A DNA stretch of 64,000 nt from Macrostomum lignano (Eukaryota), in assembly GCA_002269645.1 (NCBI GenBank), contig NIVC01000387.1, forward strand, positions 439,392-503,391. The letters are read 5' to 3'. Every line of letters begins with the position of its first letter. Position 1 is the first letter of the stretch. The translations under genes and the position numbers were made by a program. Below are positions 45,602 through 61,700 of the stretch, in pieces. A model generated the notes under the pieces. The model made no database searches and had not been told where the DNA came from. It saw only the letters and a program-made list of their open reading frames with translations.

Positions 45602-46737
45602 CCTGTTGAGCCATTCTTCATCTCGTTCGCCATTTTGCTCTGCTGTACTCGAAGTAAAGGAAGCAAACTTTTGAGCTGAATTTTTTAAAGACAACTAATT
45701 AATAAGAACATTGCGACCAAAATCCACTCCTCATCGACCACCTGGTTCGCTGCTTGAGGGGCTTGACTACTCGTATCTGGATTCAATGTGAAAGTTGAGA
45801 CGGACCCTCTGTCTCGCGAATTCGTATTTTATCGGAATTTTTCCCGCGTCAAATGCACCACAATGTTACGCACAGAGCACGCGTATTATTATTACTGTAG
45901 TGTACTTTTTCCGAAGCAACGTCCTGGCAAGACACATCATTGACTCATACTCCTTAACTCCATCACGATATTTATCTTGACATACTCGATGTCTACCATA
46001 AATCTCGCTTTTAGTGTTGTCATGTCTGTTGGTTAAACTGCTTCATGTGTTCCTCCCCTTGTAATACAGCCACCTTCTTCAGTCCTTTACTGAAAAAAAT
46101 TACTAATTTCGTTGTGAACTGTTCTCAACAGAATTTGTTGTGCAATCGGCAGTGGCACTTAACCTACGTTGCACCTGTCTGTAACCTGAAATTAATTTTG
46201 TCCCCCGTCCGTTTCGACTGAGCCCGGGGGCCTCAGCAGGTAGGAAATTCCCTTTTTCATTTTTCCTGCTTTTCCTAACTGACAAGCTTAAAAACTGCGA
46301 AAATGGAAATGGCGAGAAATTAAGCGGTGTGACTCGAAACAGCATTGATGGTCACAGTTTATCAATTCTCGACCATCAATTTTCAGCAAATGGTTCAAGA
46401 GTACATTGCCTGCGCGCAATACCTTAAAAGATATTTGCGTACGAGCTATCAGGCGTCTCCTGATATGCAACACACTCGCTTACTCAGTATCTGCTCCCTG
46501 TTTTATATGCCCTATACTAATTTTTGCGTACAAGACGCGCGTAAATTTTCATTACATGTATTAAGTTTGTGTTATGCATGCATTGTCATGTCTATGTGCT
46601 TGACTTGAGTGTTTTTAATAAGCCGCGACCTAAAAGAGCAAGAATGAGCGAGTCGCGGCTGCGGGATAAAATATAAAGTGCGGTCATCACTCGCTTCAAT
46701 TGAGCATTAGGGACTTCGCCTTTGATGCTGACGATCT

Positions 46738-49700
46738 AGAAGAGTCTATCGAGACTGGAATCATCATAGAAGAGTCTATCGAGACTGGAATCATCATAGA
46801 AGAGTCTATCGAGACTGAATCATAGTCATAGAAGAGTCTATCGAGACTGGAATCATAGTCATAGAAGAGTCTATCGAGACTGAAATCATCATAGAAGAGT
46901 CTATCGAGACTGGAATCTTAGTCATAGAAGAGTCTATCGAGACTGAAATCATCATAGAAGAGTCTATCGAGACTGGAATCATAGTCATAGAAGAGTCTAT
47001 CGAGACTGGAATCATAGTCATAGAAGAGTCTATCGAGACTGAAATCATAGTCATAGAAGAGTCTATCGAGACTGGAATCATAGTCATAGAAGAGTCTATC
47101 GAGACTGGAATCATAGTCATAGAAGAGTCTATCGAGACTGGAATCTTAGTCATAGAAGAGTCTATCGAGACTGAAATCATCATAGAAGAGTCTATCGAGA
47201 CTGAATCATAGTCATAGAAGAGTCTATCGAGACTGGAATCATAGTCATAGAAGAGTCTATCGAGACTGGAATCTTAGTCATAGAAGAGTCTATCGAGACT
47301 GAAATCATCATAGAAGAGTCTATCGAGACTGGAATCATCATAGAAGAGTCTATCGAGACTGAAATCATCATAGAAGAGTCTATCGAGACTGGAATCATAG
47401 TCATAGAAGAGTCTATCGAGACTGGAATCATAGTCATAGAAGAGTCTATCGAGACTGAAATCATCATAGAAGAGTCTATCGAGACTGGAATCATAGTCAT
47501 AGAAGAGTCTATCGAGACTGGAATCATAGTCATAGAAGAGTCTATCGAGACTGGAATCATAGTCATAGAAGAGTCTATCGAGACTGGAATCATAGTCATA
47601 GAAGAGTCTATCGAGACTGGAATCATAGTCATAGAAGAGTCTATCGAGACTGAATCATCATAGAAGAGTCTATCGAGACTGGAATCATAGTCATAGAAGA
47701 GTCTATCGAGACTGAATCATCATAGAAGAGTCTATCGAGACTGGAATCTAGTCATAGAAGAGTCTATCGAGACTGGAATCTAGTCATAGAAGAGTCTATC
47801 GAGACTGGAATCATCATAGAAGAGTCTATCGAGACTGGAATCTAGTCATAGAAGAGTCTATCGAGACTGGAATCATAGTCATAGAAGAGTCTATCGAGAC
47901 TGGAATCATCATAGAAGAGTCTATCGAGACTGAATCATCATAGAAGAGTCTATCGAGACTGGAATCATAGTCATAGAAGAGTCTATCGAGACTGGAATCA
48001 TCATAGAAGAGTCTATCGAGACTGGAATCATAGTCATAGAAGAGTCTATCGAGACTGGAATCATAGTCATAGAAGAGTCTATCGAGACTGGAATCATCAT
48101 AGAAGAGTCTATCGAGACTGAATCATCATAGAAGAGTCTATCGAGACTGGAATCATAGTCATAGAAGAGTCTATCGAGACTGGAATCATCATAGAAGAGT
48201 CTATCGAGACTGGAATCATAGTCATAGAAGAGTCTATCGAGACTGGAATCATAGTCATAGAAGAGTCTATCGAGACTGGAATCATCATAGAAGAGTCTAT
48301 CGAGACTGGAATCATAGTCATAGAAGAGTCTATCGAGACTGGAATCATAGTCATAGAAGAGTCTATCGAGACTGGAATCATAGTCATAGAAGAGTCTATC
48401 GAGACTGGAATCATAGTCATAGAAGAGTCTATCGAGACTGGAATCATAGTCATAGAAGAGTCTATCGAGACTGGAATCATCATAGAAGAGTCTATCGAGA
48501 CTGGAATCATCATAGAAGAGTCTATCGAGACTGGAATCATAGTCATAGAAGAGTCTATCGAGACTGGAATCATAGTCATAGAAGAGTCTATCGAGACTGG
48601 AATCAGTCATAGAAGAGTCTATCGAGACTGGAATCATCATAGAAGAGTCTATCGAGACTGGAATCATCATAGAAGAGTCTATCGAGACTGGAATCATCAT
48701 AGAAGAGTCTATCGAGACTGGAATCATAGTCATAGAAGAGTCTATCGAGACTGGAATCATAGTCATAGAAGAGTCTATCGAGACTGGAATCATAGTCATA
48801 GAAGAGTCTATCGAGACTGGAATCATAGTCATAGAAGAGTCTATCGAGACTGGAATCATAGTCATAGAAGAGTCTATCGAGACTGGAATCATAGTCATAG
48901 AAGAGTCTATCGAGACTGGAATCATAGTCATAGAAGAGTCTATCGAGACTGGAATCATAGTCATAGAAGAGTCTATCGAGACTGAATCATCATAGAAGAG
49001 TCTATCGAGACTGGAATCATAGTCATAGAAGAGTCTATCGAGACTGGAATCAGTCATAGAAGAGTCTATCGAGACTGGAATCATAGTCATAGAAGAGTCT
49101 ATCGAGACTGGAATCATAGTCATAGAAGAGTCTATCGAGACTGGAATCAGTCATAGAAGAGTCTATCGAGACTGGAATCATAGTCATAGAAGAGTCTATC
49201 GAGACTGGAATCATAGTCATAGAAGAGTCTATCGAGACTGAATCATCATAGAAGAGTCTATCGAGACTGGAATCATAGTCATAGAAGAGTCTATCGAGAC
49301 TGGAATCATAGTCATAGAAGAGTCTATCGAGACTGGAATCATCATAGAAGAGTCTATCGAGACTGGAATCATAGTCATAGAAGAGTCTATCGAGACTGGA
49401 ATCATAGTCATAGAAGAGTCTATCGAGACTGGAATCATAGTCATAGAAGAGTCTATCGAGACTGGAATCATAGTCATAGAAGAGTCTATCGAGACTGGAA
49501 TCATCATAGAAGAGTCTATCGAGACTGGAATCATCATAGAAGAGTCTATCGAGACTGGAATCATAGTCATAGAAGAGTCTATCGAGACTGGAATCATAGT
49601 CATAGAAGAGTCTATCGAGACTGGAATCATAGTCATAGAAGAGTCTATCGAGACTGGAATCATAGTCATAGAAGAGTCTATCGAGACTGGAATCATCATA

Positions 49701-52700
49701 GAAGAGTCTATCGAGACTGGAATCATAGTCATAGAAGAGTCTATCGAGACTGGAATCATAGTCATAGAAGAGTCTATCGAGACTGGAATCATAGTCATAG
49801 AAGAGTCTATCGAGACTGGAATCATAGTCATAGAAGAGTCTATCGAGACTGGAATCATAGTCATAGAAGAGTCTATCGAGACTGGAATCATAGTCATAGA
49901 AGAGTCTATCGAGACTGGAATCATAGTCATAGAAGAGTCTATCGAGACTGGAATCATCATAGAAGAGTCTATCGAGACTGGAATCAGTCATAGAAGAGTC
50001 TATCGAGACTGGAATCATAGTCATAGAAGAGTCTATCGAGACTGGAATCATAGTCATAGAAGAGTCTATCGAGACTGGAATCATAGTCATAGAAGAGTCT
50101 ATCGAGACTGGAATCATAGTCATAGAAGAGTCTATCGAGACTGGAATCATAGTCATAGAAGAGTCTATCGAGACTGGAATCATAGTCATAGAAGAGTCTA
50201 TCGAGACTGGAATCATAGTCATAGAAGAGTCTATCGAGACTGGAATCATAGTCATAGAAGAGTCTATCGAGACTGGAATCATCATAGAAGAGTCTATCGA
50301 GACTGGAATCATAGTCATAGAAGAGTCTATCGAGACTGGAATCATCATAGAAGAGTCTATCGAGACTGGAATCTTAGTCATAGAAGAGTCTATCGAGACT
50401 GGAATCATAGTCATAGAAGAGTCTATCGAGACTGGAATCATCATAGAAGAGTCTATCGAGACTGGAATCATAGTCATAGAAGAGTCTATCGAGACTGGAA
50501 TCATAGTCATAGAAGAGTCTATCGAGACTGGAATCATCATAGAAGAGTCTATCGAGACTGGAATCATCATAGAAGAGTCTATCGAGACTGGAATCATAGT
50601 CATAGAAGAGTCTATCGAGACTGGAATCATCATAGAAGAGTCTATCGAGACTGGAATCATAGTCATAGAAGAGTCTATCGAGACTGGAATCATAGTCATA
50701 GAAGAGTCTATCGAGACTGGAATCATCATAGAAGAGTCTATCGAGACTGGAATCATCATAGAAGAGTCTATCGAGACTGGAATCATAGTCATAGAAGAGT
50801 CTATCGAGACTGGAATCAGTCATAGAAGAGTCTATCGAGACTGGAATCATCATAGAAGAGTCTATCGAGACTGGAATCATAGTCATAGAAGAGTCTATCG
50901 AGACTGGAATCATAGTCATAGAAGAGTCTATCGAGACTGGAATCATCATAGAAGAGTCTATCGAGACTGGAATCATAGTCATAGAAGAGTCTATCGAGAC
51001 TGGAATCATAGTCATAGAAGAGTCTATCGAGACTGGAATCATAGTCATAGAAGAGTCTATCGAGACTGGAATCATAGTCATAGAAGAGTCTATCGAGACT
51101 GGAATCATAGTCATAGAAGAGTCTATCGAGACTGGAATCATAGTCATAGAAGAGTCTATCGAGACTGGAATCATCATAGAAGAGTCTATCGAGACTGGAA
51201 TCATAGTCATAGAAGAGTCTATCGAGACTGGAATCATAGTCATAGAAGAGTCTATCGAGACTGGAATCATAGTCATAGAAGAGTCTATCGAGACTGGAAT
51301 CATCATAGAAGAGTCTATCGAGACTGGAATCATCATAGAAGAGTCTATCGAGACTGGAATCATCATAGAAGAGTCTATCGAGACTGGAATCATAGTCATA
51401 GAAGAGTCTATCGAGACTGGAATCATCATAGAAGAGTCTATCGAGACTGGAATCATAGTCATAGAAGAGTCTATCGAGACTGGAATCATAGTCATAGAAG
51501 AGTCTATCGAGACTGGAATCATAGTCATAGAAGAGTCTATCGAGACTGGAATCATAGTCATAGAAGAGTCTATCGAGACTGGAATCATAGTCATAGAAGA
51601 GTCTATCGAGACTGGAATCATCATAGAAGAGTCTATCGAGACTGGAATCATAGTCATAGAAGAGTCTATCGAGACTGGAATCATCATAGAAGAGTCTATC
51701 GAGACTGGAATCATAGTCATAGAAGAGTCTATCGAGACTGGAATCATAGTCATAGAAGAGTCTATCGAGACTGGAATCATAGTCATAGAAGAGTCTATCG
51801 AGACTGGAATCATAGTCATAGAAGAGTCTATCGAGACTGGAATCATAGTCATAGAAGAGTCTATCGAGACTGGAATCATCATAGAAGAGTCTATCGAGAC
51901 TGGAATCATAGTCATAGAAGAGTCTATCGAGACTGGAATCATAGTCATAGAAGAGTCTATCGAGACTGGAATCATAGTCATAGAAGAGTCTATCGAGACT
52001 GGAATCATCATAGAAGAGTCTATCGAGACTGGAATCATAGTCATAGAAGAGTCTATCGAGACTGGAATCATAGTCATAGAAGAGTCTATCGAGACTGGAA
52101 TCATAGTCATAGAAGAGTCTATCGAGACTGGAATCATCATAGAAGAGTCTATCGAGACTGGAATCATCATAGAAGAGTCTATCGAGACTGGAATCATAGT
52201 CATAGAAGAGTCTATCGAGACTGGAATCATCATAGAAGAGTCTATCGAGACTGGAATCATAGTCATAGAAGAGTCTATCGAGACTGGAATCATAGTCATA
52301 GAAGAGTCTATCGAGACTGGAATCATAGTCATAGAAGAGTCTATCGAGACTGGAATCATCATAGAAGAGTCTATCGAGACTGGAATCATAGTCATAGAAG
52401 AGTCTATCGAGACTGGAATCATAGTCATAGAAGAGTCTATCGAGACTGGAATCATCATAGAAGAGTCTATCGAGACTGGAATCATAGTCATAGAAGAGTC
52501 TATCGAGACTGGAATCATAGTCATAGAAGAGTCTATCGAGACTGGAATCATAGTCATAGAAGAGTCTATCGAGACTGGAATCATAGTCATAGAAGAGTCT
52601 ATCGAGACTGGAATCATAGTCATAGAAGAGTCTATCGAGACTGGAATCATAGTCATAGAAGAGTCTATCGAGACTGGAATCATAGTCATAGAAGAGTCTA

Positions 52701-55700
52701 TCGAGACTGGAATCATAGTCATAGAAGAGTCTATCGAGACTGGAATCATCATAGAAGAGTCTATCGAGACTGGAATCATAGTCATAGAAGAGTCTATCGA
52801 GACTGGAATCATAGTCATAGAAGAGTCTATCGAGACTGGAATCATAGTCATAGAAGAGTCTATCGAGACTGGAATCATAGTCATAGAAGAGTCTATCGAG
52901 ACTGGAATCATCATAGAAGAGTCTATCGAGACTGGAATCATAGTCATAGAAGAGTCTATCGAGACTGGAATCATAGTCATAGAAGAGTCTATCGAGACTG
53001 GAATCATAGTCATAGAAGAGTCTATCGAGACTGGAATCATAGTCATAGAAGAGTCTATCGAGACTGGAATCATCATAGAAGAGTCTATCGAGACTGGAAT
53101 CATAGTCATAGAAGAGTCTATCGAGACTGGAATCATAGTCATAGAAGAGTCTATCGAGACTGGAATCATCATAGAAGAGTCTATCGAGACTGGAATCATA
53201 GTCATAGAAGAGTCTATCGAGACTGGAATCATAGTCATAGAAGAGTCTATCGAGACTGGAATCATAGTCATAGAAGAGTCTATCGAGACTGGAATCATAG
53301 TCATAGAAGAGTCTATCGAGACTGGAATCATAGTCATAGAAGAGTCTATCGAGACTGGAATCATCATAGAAGAGTCTATCGAGACTGGAATCATAGTCAT
53401 AGAAGAGTCTATCGAGACTGGAATCATAGTCATAGAAGAGTCTATCGAGACTGGAATCATAGTCATAGAAGAGTCTATCGAGACTGGAATCATCATAGAA
53501 GAGTCTATCGAGACTGGAATCATAGTCATAGAAGAGTCTATCGAGACTGGAATCATAGTCATAGAAGAGTCTATCGAGACTGGAATCATAGTCATAGAAG
53601 AGTCTATCGAGACTGGAATCATAGTCATAGAAGAGTCTATCGAGACTGGAATCATAGTCATAGAAGAGTCTATCGAGACTGGAATCATAGTCATAGAAGA
53701 GTCTATCGAGACTGGAATCATAGTCATAGAAGAGTCTATCGAGACTGGAATCATAGTCATAGAAGAGTCTATCGAGACTGGAATCATAGTCATAGAAGAG
53801 TCTATCGAGACTGGAATCATAGTCATAGAAGAGTCTATCGAGACTGGAATCATAGTCATAGAAGAGTCTATCGAGACTGGAATCATAGTCATAGAAGAGT
53901 CTATCGAGACTGGAATCATAGTCATAGAAGAGTCTATCGAGACTGGAATCATAGTCATAGAAGAGTCTATCGAGACTGGAATCATAGTCATAGAAGAGTC
54001 TATCGAGACTGGAATCATAGTCATAGAAGAGTCTATCGAGACTGGAATCATAGTCATAGAAGAGTCTATCGAGACTGGAATCATAGTCATAGAAGAGTCT
54101 ATCGAGACTGGAATCATAGTCATAGAAGAGTCTATCGAGACTGGAATCATAGTCATAGAAGAGTCTATCGAGACTGGAATCATAGTCATAGAAGAGTCTA
54201 TCGAGACTGGAATCATAGTCATAGAAGAGTCTATCGAGACTGGAATCATAGTCATAGAAGAGTCTATCGAGACTGGAATCATAGTCATAGAAGAGTCTAT
54301 CGAGACTGGAATCATCATAGAAGAGTCTATCGAGACTGGAATCATAGTCATAGAAGAGTCTATCGAGACTGGAATCATAGTCATAGAAGAGTCTATCGAG
54401 ACTGGAATCATAGTCATAGAAGAGTCTATCGAGACTGGAATCATAGTCATAGAAGAGTCTATCGAGACTGGAATCATAGTCATAGAAGAGTCTATCGAGA
54501 CTGGAATCATAGTCATAGAAGAGTCTATCGAGACTGGAATCATAGTCATAGAAGAGTCTATCGAGACTGGAATCATAGTCATAGAAGAGTCTATCGAGAC
54601 TGGAATCATAGTCATAGAAGAGTCTATCGAGACTGGAATCATAGTCATAGAAGAGTCTATCGAGACTGGAATCATAGTCATAGAAGAGTCTATCGAGACT
54701 GGAATCATAGTCATAGAAGAGTCTATCGAGACTGGAATCATAGTCATAGAAGAGTCTATCGAGACTGGAATCATAGTCATAGAAGAGTCTATCGAGACTG
54801 GAATCATCATAGAAGAGTCTATCGAGACTGGAATCATAGTCATAGAAGAGTCTATCGAGACTGGAATCATAGTCATAGAAGAGTCTATCGAGACTGGAAT
54901 CATAGTCATAGAAGAGTCTATCGAGACTGGAATCATAGTCATAGAAGAGTCTATCGAGACTGGAATCATAGTCATAGAAGAGTCTATCGAGACTGGAATC
55001 ATAGTCATAGAAGAGTCTATCGAGACTGGAATCATAGTCATAGAAGAGTCTATCGAGACTGGAATCATAGTCATAGAAGAGTCTATCGAGACTGGAATCA
55101 TAGTCATAGAAGAGTCTATCGAGACTGGAATCATAGTCATAGAAGAGTCTATCGAGACTGGAATCATAGTCATAGAAGAGTCTATCGAGACTGGAATCAT
55201 AGTCATAGAAGAGTCTATCGAGACTGGAATCATAGTCATAGAAGAGTCTATCGAGACTGGAATCATAGTCATAGAAGAGTCTATCGAGACTGGAATCATA
55301 GTCATAGAAGAGTCTATCGAGACTGGAATCATAGTCATAGAAGAGTCTATCGAGACTGGAATCATCATAGAAGAGTCTATCGAGACTGGAATCATAGTCA
55401 TAGAAGAGTCTATCGAGACTGGAATCATAGTCATAGAAGAGTCTATCGAGACTGGAATCATAGTCATAGAAGAGTCTATCGAGACTGGAATCATAGTCAT
55501 AGAAGAGTCTATCGAGACTGGAATCATAGTCATAGAAGAGTCTATCGAGACTGGAATCATAGTCATAGAAGAGTCTATCGAGACTGGAATCATAGTCATA
55601 GAAGAGTCTATCGAGACTGGAATCATAGTCATAGAAGAGTCTATCGAGACTGGAATCATAGTCATAGAAGAGTCTATCGAGACTGGAATCATAGTCATAG

Positions 55701-58700
55701 AAGAGTCTATCGAGACTGGAATCATAGTCATAGAAGAGTCTATCGAGACTGGAATCATAGTCATAGAAGAGTCTATCGAGACTGGAATCATAGTCATAGA
55801 AGAGTCTATCGAGACTGGAATCATAGTCATAGAAGAGTCTATCGAGACTGGAATCATCATAGAAGAGTCTATCGAGACTGGAATCATAGTCATAGAAGAG
55901 TCTATCGAGACTGGAATCAGTCATAGAAGAGTCTATCGAGACTGGAATCATAGTCATAGAAGAGTCTATCGAGACTGGAATCATAGTCATAGAAGAGTCT
56001 ATCGAGACTGGAATCATAGTCATAGAAGAGTCTATCGAGACTGGAATCATCATAGAAGAGTCTATCGAGACTGGAATCATAGTCATAGAAGAGTCTATCG
56101 AGACTGGAATCATAGTCATAGAAGAGTCTATCGAGACTGGAATCATAGTCATAGAAGAGTCTATCGAGACTGGAATCATAGTCATAGAAGAGTCTATCGA
56201 GACTGGAATCATAGTCATAGAAGAGTCTATCGAGACTGGAATCATAGTCATAGAAGAGTCTATCGAGACTGGAATCATAGTCATAGAAGAGTCTATCGAG
56301 ACTGGAATCATAGTCATAGAAGAGTCTATCGAGACTGGAATCATAGTCATAGAAGAGTCTATCGAGACTGGAATCATAGTCATAGAAGAGTCTATCGAGA
56401 CTGGAATCATAGTCATAGAAGAGTCTATCGAGACTGGAATCATAGTCATAGAAGAGTCTATCGAGACTGGAATCATAGTCATAGAAGAGTCTATCGAGAC
56501 TGGAATCATAGTCATAGAAGAGTCTATCGAGACTGGAATCATAGTCATAGAAGAGTCTATCGAGACTGGAATCATAGTCATAGAAGAGTCTATCGAGACT
56601 GGAATCATCATAGAAGAGTCTATCGAGACTGGAATCATAGTCATAGAAGAGTCTATCGAGACTGGAATCATAGTCATAGAAGAGTCTATCGAGACTGGAA
56701 TCATAGTCATAGAAGAGTCTATCGAGACTGGAATCATAGTCATAGAAGAGTCTATCGAGACTGGAATCATAGTCATAGAAGAGTCTATCGAGACTGGAAT
56801 CATAGTCATAGAAGAGTCTATCGAGACTGGAATCATAGTCATAGAAGAGTCTATCGAGACTGGAATCATAGTCATAGAAGAGTCTATCGAGACTGGAATC
56901 ATAGTCATAGAAGAGTCTATCGAGACTGGAATCATAGTCATAGAAGAGTCTATCGAGACTGGAATCATAGTCATAGAAGAGTCTATCGAGACTGGAATCA
57001 TAGTCATAGAAGAGTCTATCGAGACTGGAATCATAGTCATAGAAGAGTCTATCGAGACTGGAATCATAGTCATAGAAGAGTCTATCGAGACTGGAATCAT
57101 AGTCATAGAAGAGTCTATCGAGACTGGAATCATAGTCATAGAAGAGTCTATCGAGACTGGAATCATAGTCATAGAAGAGTCTATCGAGACTGGAATCATA
57201 GTCATAGAAGAGTCTATCGAGACTGGAATCATAGTCATAGAAGAGTCTATCGAGACTGGAATCATAGTCATAGAAGAGTCTATCGAGACTGGAATCATAG
57301 TCATAGAAGAGTCTATCGAGACTGGAATCATAGTCATAGAAGAGTCTATCGAGACTGGAATCATAGTCATAGAAGAGTCTATCGAGACTGGAATCATAGT
57401 CATAGAAGAGTCTATCGAGACTGGAATCATAGTCATAGAAGAGTCTATCGAGACTGGAATCATAGTCATAGAAGAGTCTATCGAGACTGGAATCATAGTC
57501 ATAGAAGAGTCTATCGAGACTGGAATCATCATAGAAGAGTCTATCGAGACTGGAATCATAGTCATAGAAGAGTCTATCGAGACTGGAATCATAGTCATAG
57601 AAGAGTCTATCGAGACTGGAATCATAGTCATAGAAGAGTCTATCGAGACTGGAATCATAGTCATAGAAGAGTCTATCGAGACTGGAATCATAGTCATAGA
57701 AGAGTCTATCGAGACTGGAATCATAGTCATAGAAGAGTCTATCGAGACTGGAATCATAGTCATAGAAGAGTCTATCGAGACTGGAATCATAGTCATAGAA
57801 GAGTCTATCGAGACTGGAATCATAGTCATAGAAGAGTCTATCGAGACTGGAATCATAGTCATAGAAGAGTCTATCGAGACTGGAATCATCATAGAAGAGT
57901 CTATCGAGACTGGAATCATAGTCATAGAAGAGTCTATCGAGACTGGAATCATAGTCATAGAAGAGTCTATCGAGACTGGAATCATAGTCATAGAAGAGTC
58001 TATCGAGACTGGAATCATCATAGAAGAGTCTATCGAGACTGGAATCATAGTCATAGAAGAGTCTATCGAGACTGGAATCATCATAGAAGAGTCTATCGAG
58101 ACTGGAATCATAGTCATAGAAGAGTCTATCGAGACTGGAATCATAGTCATAGAAGAGTCTATCGAGACTGGAATCATAGTCATAGAAGAGTCTATCGAGA
58201 CTGGAATCATAGTCATAGAAGAGTCTATCGAGACTGGAATCATAGTCATAGAAGAGTCTATCGAGACTGGAATCATAGTCATAGAAGAGTCTATCGAGAC
58301 TGGAATCATCATAGAAGAGTCTATCGAGACTGGAATCATAGTCATAGAAGAGTCTATCGAGACTGGAATCATCATAGAAGAGTCTATCGAGACTGGAATC
58401 ATAGTCATAGAAGAGTCTATCGAGACTGGAATCATAGTCATAGAAGAGTCTATCGAGACTGGAATCATCATAGAAGAGTCTATCGAGACTGGAATCATAG
58501 TCATAGAAGAGTCTATCGAGACTGGAATCATAGTCATAGAAGAGTCTATCGAGACTGGAATCATCATAGAAGAGTCTATCGAGACTGGAATCATCATAGA
58601 AGAGTCTATCGAGACTGGAATCATAGTCATAGAAGAGTCTATCGAGACTGGAATCATAGTCATAGAAGAGTCTATCGAGACTGGAATCATCATAGAAGAG

Positions 58701-61700
58701 TCTATCGAGACTGGAATCATCATAGAAGAGTCTATCGAGACTGGAATCATAGTCATAGAAGAGTCTATCGAGACTGGAATCATCATAGAAGAGTCTATCG
58801 AGACTGGAATCATAGTCATAGAAGAGTCTATCGAGACTGGAATCAGTCATAGAAGAGTCTATCGAGACTGGAATCATAGTCATAGAAGAGTCTATCGAGA
58901 CTGGAATCATAGTCATAGAAGAGTCTATCGAGACTGGAATCATAGTCATAGAAGAGTCTATCGAGACTGGAATCATAGTCATAGAAGAGTCTATCGAGAC
59001 TGGAATCATAGTCATAGAAGAGTCTATCGAGACTGGAATCATAGTCATAGAAGAGTCTATCGAGACTGGAATCATAGTCATAGAAGAGTCTATCGAGACT
59101 GGAATCATAGTCATAGAAGAGTCTATCGAGACTGGAATCATAGTCATAGAAGAGTCTATCGAGACTGGAATCATAGTCATAGAAGAGTCTATCGAGACTG
59201 GAATCATAGTCATAGAAGAGTCTATCGAGACTGGAATCATCATAGAAGAGTCTATCGAGACTGGAATCATAGTCATAGAAGAGTCTATCGAGACTGGAAT
59301 CATAGTCATAGAAGAGTCTATCGAGACTGGAATCATAGTCATAGAAGAGTCTATCGAGACTGGAATCATAGTCATAGAAGAGTCTATCGAGACTGGAATC
59401 ATAGTCATAGAAGAGTCTATCGAGACTGGAATCATAGTCATAGAAGAGTCTATCGAGACTGGAATCATAGTCATAGAAGAGTCTATCGAGACTGGAATCA
59501 TAGTCATAGAAGAGTCTATCGAGACTGGAATCATAGTCATAGAAGAGTCTATCGAGACTGGAATCATAGTCATAGAAGAGTCTATCGAGACTGGAATCAT
59601 AGTCATAGAAGAGTCTATCGAGACTGGAATCATAGTCATAGAAGAGTCTATCGAGACTGGAATCATAGTCATAGAAGAGTCTATCGAGACTGGAATCATA
59701 GTCATAGAAGAGTCTATCGAGACTGGAATCATAGTCATAGAAGAGTCTATCGAGACTGGAATCATAGTCATAGAAGAGTCTATCGAGACTGGAATCATAG
59801 TCATAGAAGAGTCTATCGAGACTGGAATCATAGTCATAGAAGAGTCTATCGAGACTGGAATCATAGTCATAGAAGAGTCTATCGAGACTGGAATCATAGT
59901 CATAGAAGAGTCTATCGAGACTGGAATCATAGTCATAGAAGAGTCTATCGAGACTGGAATCATAGTCATAGAAGAGTCTATCGAGACTGGAATCATAGTC
60001 ATAGAAGAGTCTATCGAGACTGGAATCATAGTCATAGAAGAGTCTATCGAGACTGGAATCATAGTCATAGAAGAGTCTATCGAGACTGGAATCATAGTCA
60101 TAGAAGAGTCTATCGAGACTGGAATCATAGTCATAGAAGAGTCTATCGAGACTGGAATCATAGTCATAGAAGAGTCTATCGAGACTGGAATCATAGTCAT
60201 AGAAGAGTCTATCGAGACTGGAATCATAGTCATAGAAGAGTCTATCGAGACTGGAATCATAGTCATAGAAGAGTCTATCGAGACTGGAATCATAGTCATA
60301 GAAGAGTCTATCGAGACTGGAATCATAGTCATAGAAGAGTCTATCGAGACTGGAATCATAGTCATAGAAGAGTCTATCGAGACTGGAATCATAGTCATAG
60401 AAGAGTCTATCGAGACTGGAATCATAGTCATAGAAGAGTCTATCGAGACTGGAATCATAGTCATAGAAGAGTCTATCGAGACTGGAATCATAGTCATAGA
60501 AGAGTCTATCGAGACTGGAATCATAGTCATAGAAGAGTCTATCGAGACTGGAATCATAGTCATAGAAGAGTCTATCGAGACTGGAATCATAGTCATAGAA
60601 GAGTCTATCGAGACTGGAATCATAGTCATAGAAGAGTCTATCGAGACTGGAATCATAGTCATAGAAGAGTCTATCGAGACTGGAATCATAGTCATAGAAG
60701 AGTCTATCGAGACTGGAATCATAGTCATAGAAGAGTCTATCGAGACTGGAATCATCATAGAAGAGTCTATCGAGACTGGAATCATAGTCATAGAAGAGTC
60801 TATCGAGACTGGAATCATCATAGAAGAGTCTATCGAGACTGGAATCATAGTCATAGAAGAGTCTATCGAGACTGGAATCATAGTCATAGAAGAGTCTATC
60901 GAGACTGGAATCATAGTCATAGAAGAGTCTATCGAGACTGGAATCATAGTCATAGAAGAGTCTATCGAGACTGGAATCATAGTCATAGAAGAGTCTATCG
61001 AGACTGGAATCATCATAGAAGAGTCTATCGAGACTGGAATCATAGTCATAGAAGAGTCTATCGAGACTGGAATCATAGTCATAGAAGAGTCTATCGAGAC
61101 TGGAATCATAGTCATAGAAGAGTCTATCGAGACTGGAATCATAGTCATAGAAGAGTCTATCGAGACTGGAATCATAGTCATAGAAGAGTCTATCGAGACT
61201 GGAATCATAGTCATAGAAGAGTCTATCGAGACTGGAATCATAGTCATAGAAGAGTCTATCGAGACTGGAATCATAGTCATAGAAGAGTCTATCGAGACTG
61301 GAATCATAGTCATAGAAGAGTCTATCGAGACTGGAATCATAGTCATAGAAGAGTCTATCGAGACTGGAATCATAGTCATAGAAGAGTCTATCGAGACTGG
61401 AATCATCATAGAAGAGTCTATCGAGACTGGAATCATAGTCATAGAAGAGTCTATCGAGACTGGAATCATAGTCATAGAAGAGTCTATCGAGACTGGAATC
61501 ATAGTCATAGAAGAGTCTATCGAGACTGGAATCATAGTCATAGAAGAGTCTATCGAGACTGGAATCATAGTCATAGAAGAGTCTATCGAGACTGGAATCA
61601 TAGTCATAGAAGAGTCTATCGAGACTGGAATCATAGTCATAGAAGAGTCTATCGAGACTGGAATCATAGTCATAGAAGAGTCTATCGAGACTGGAATCAT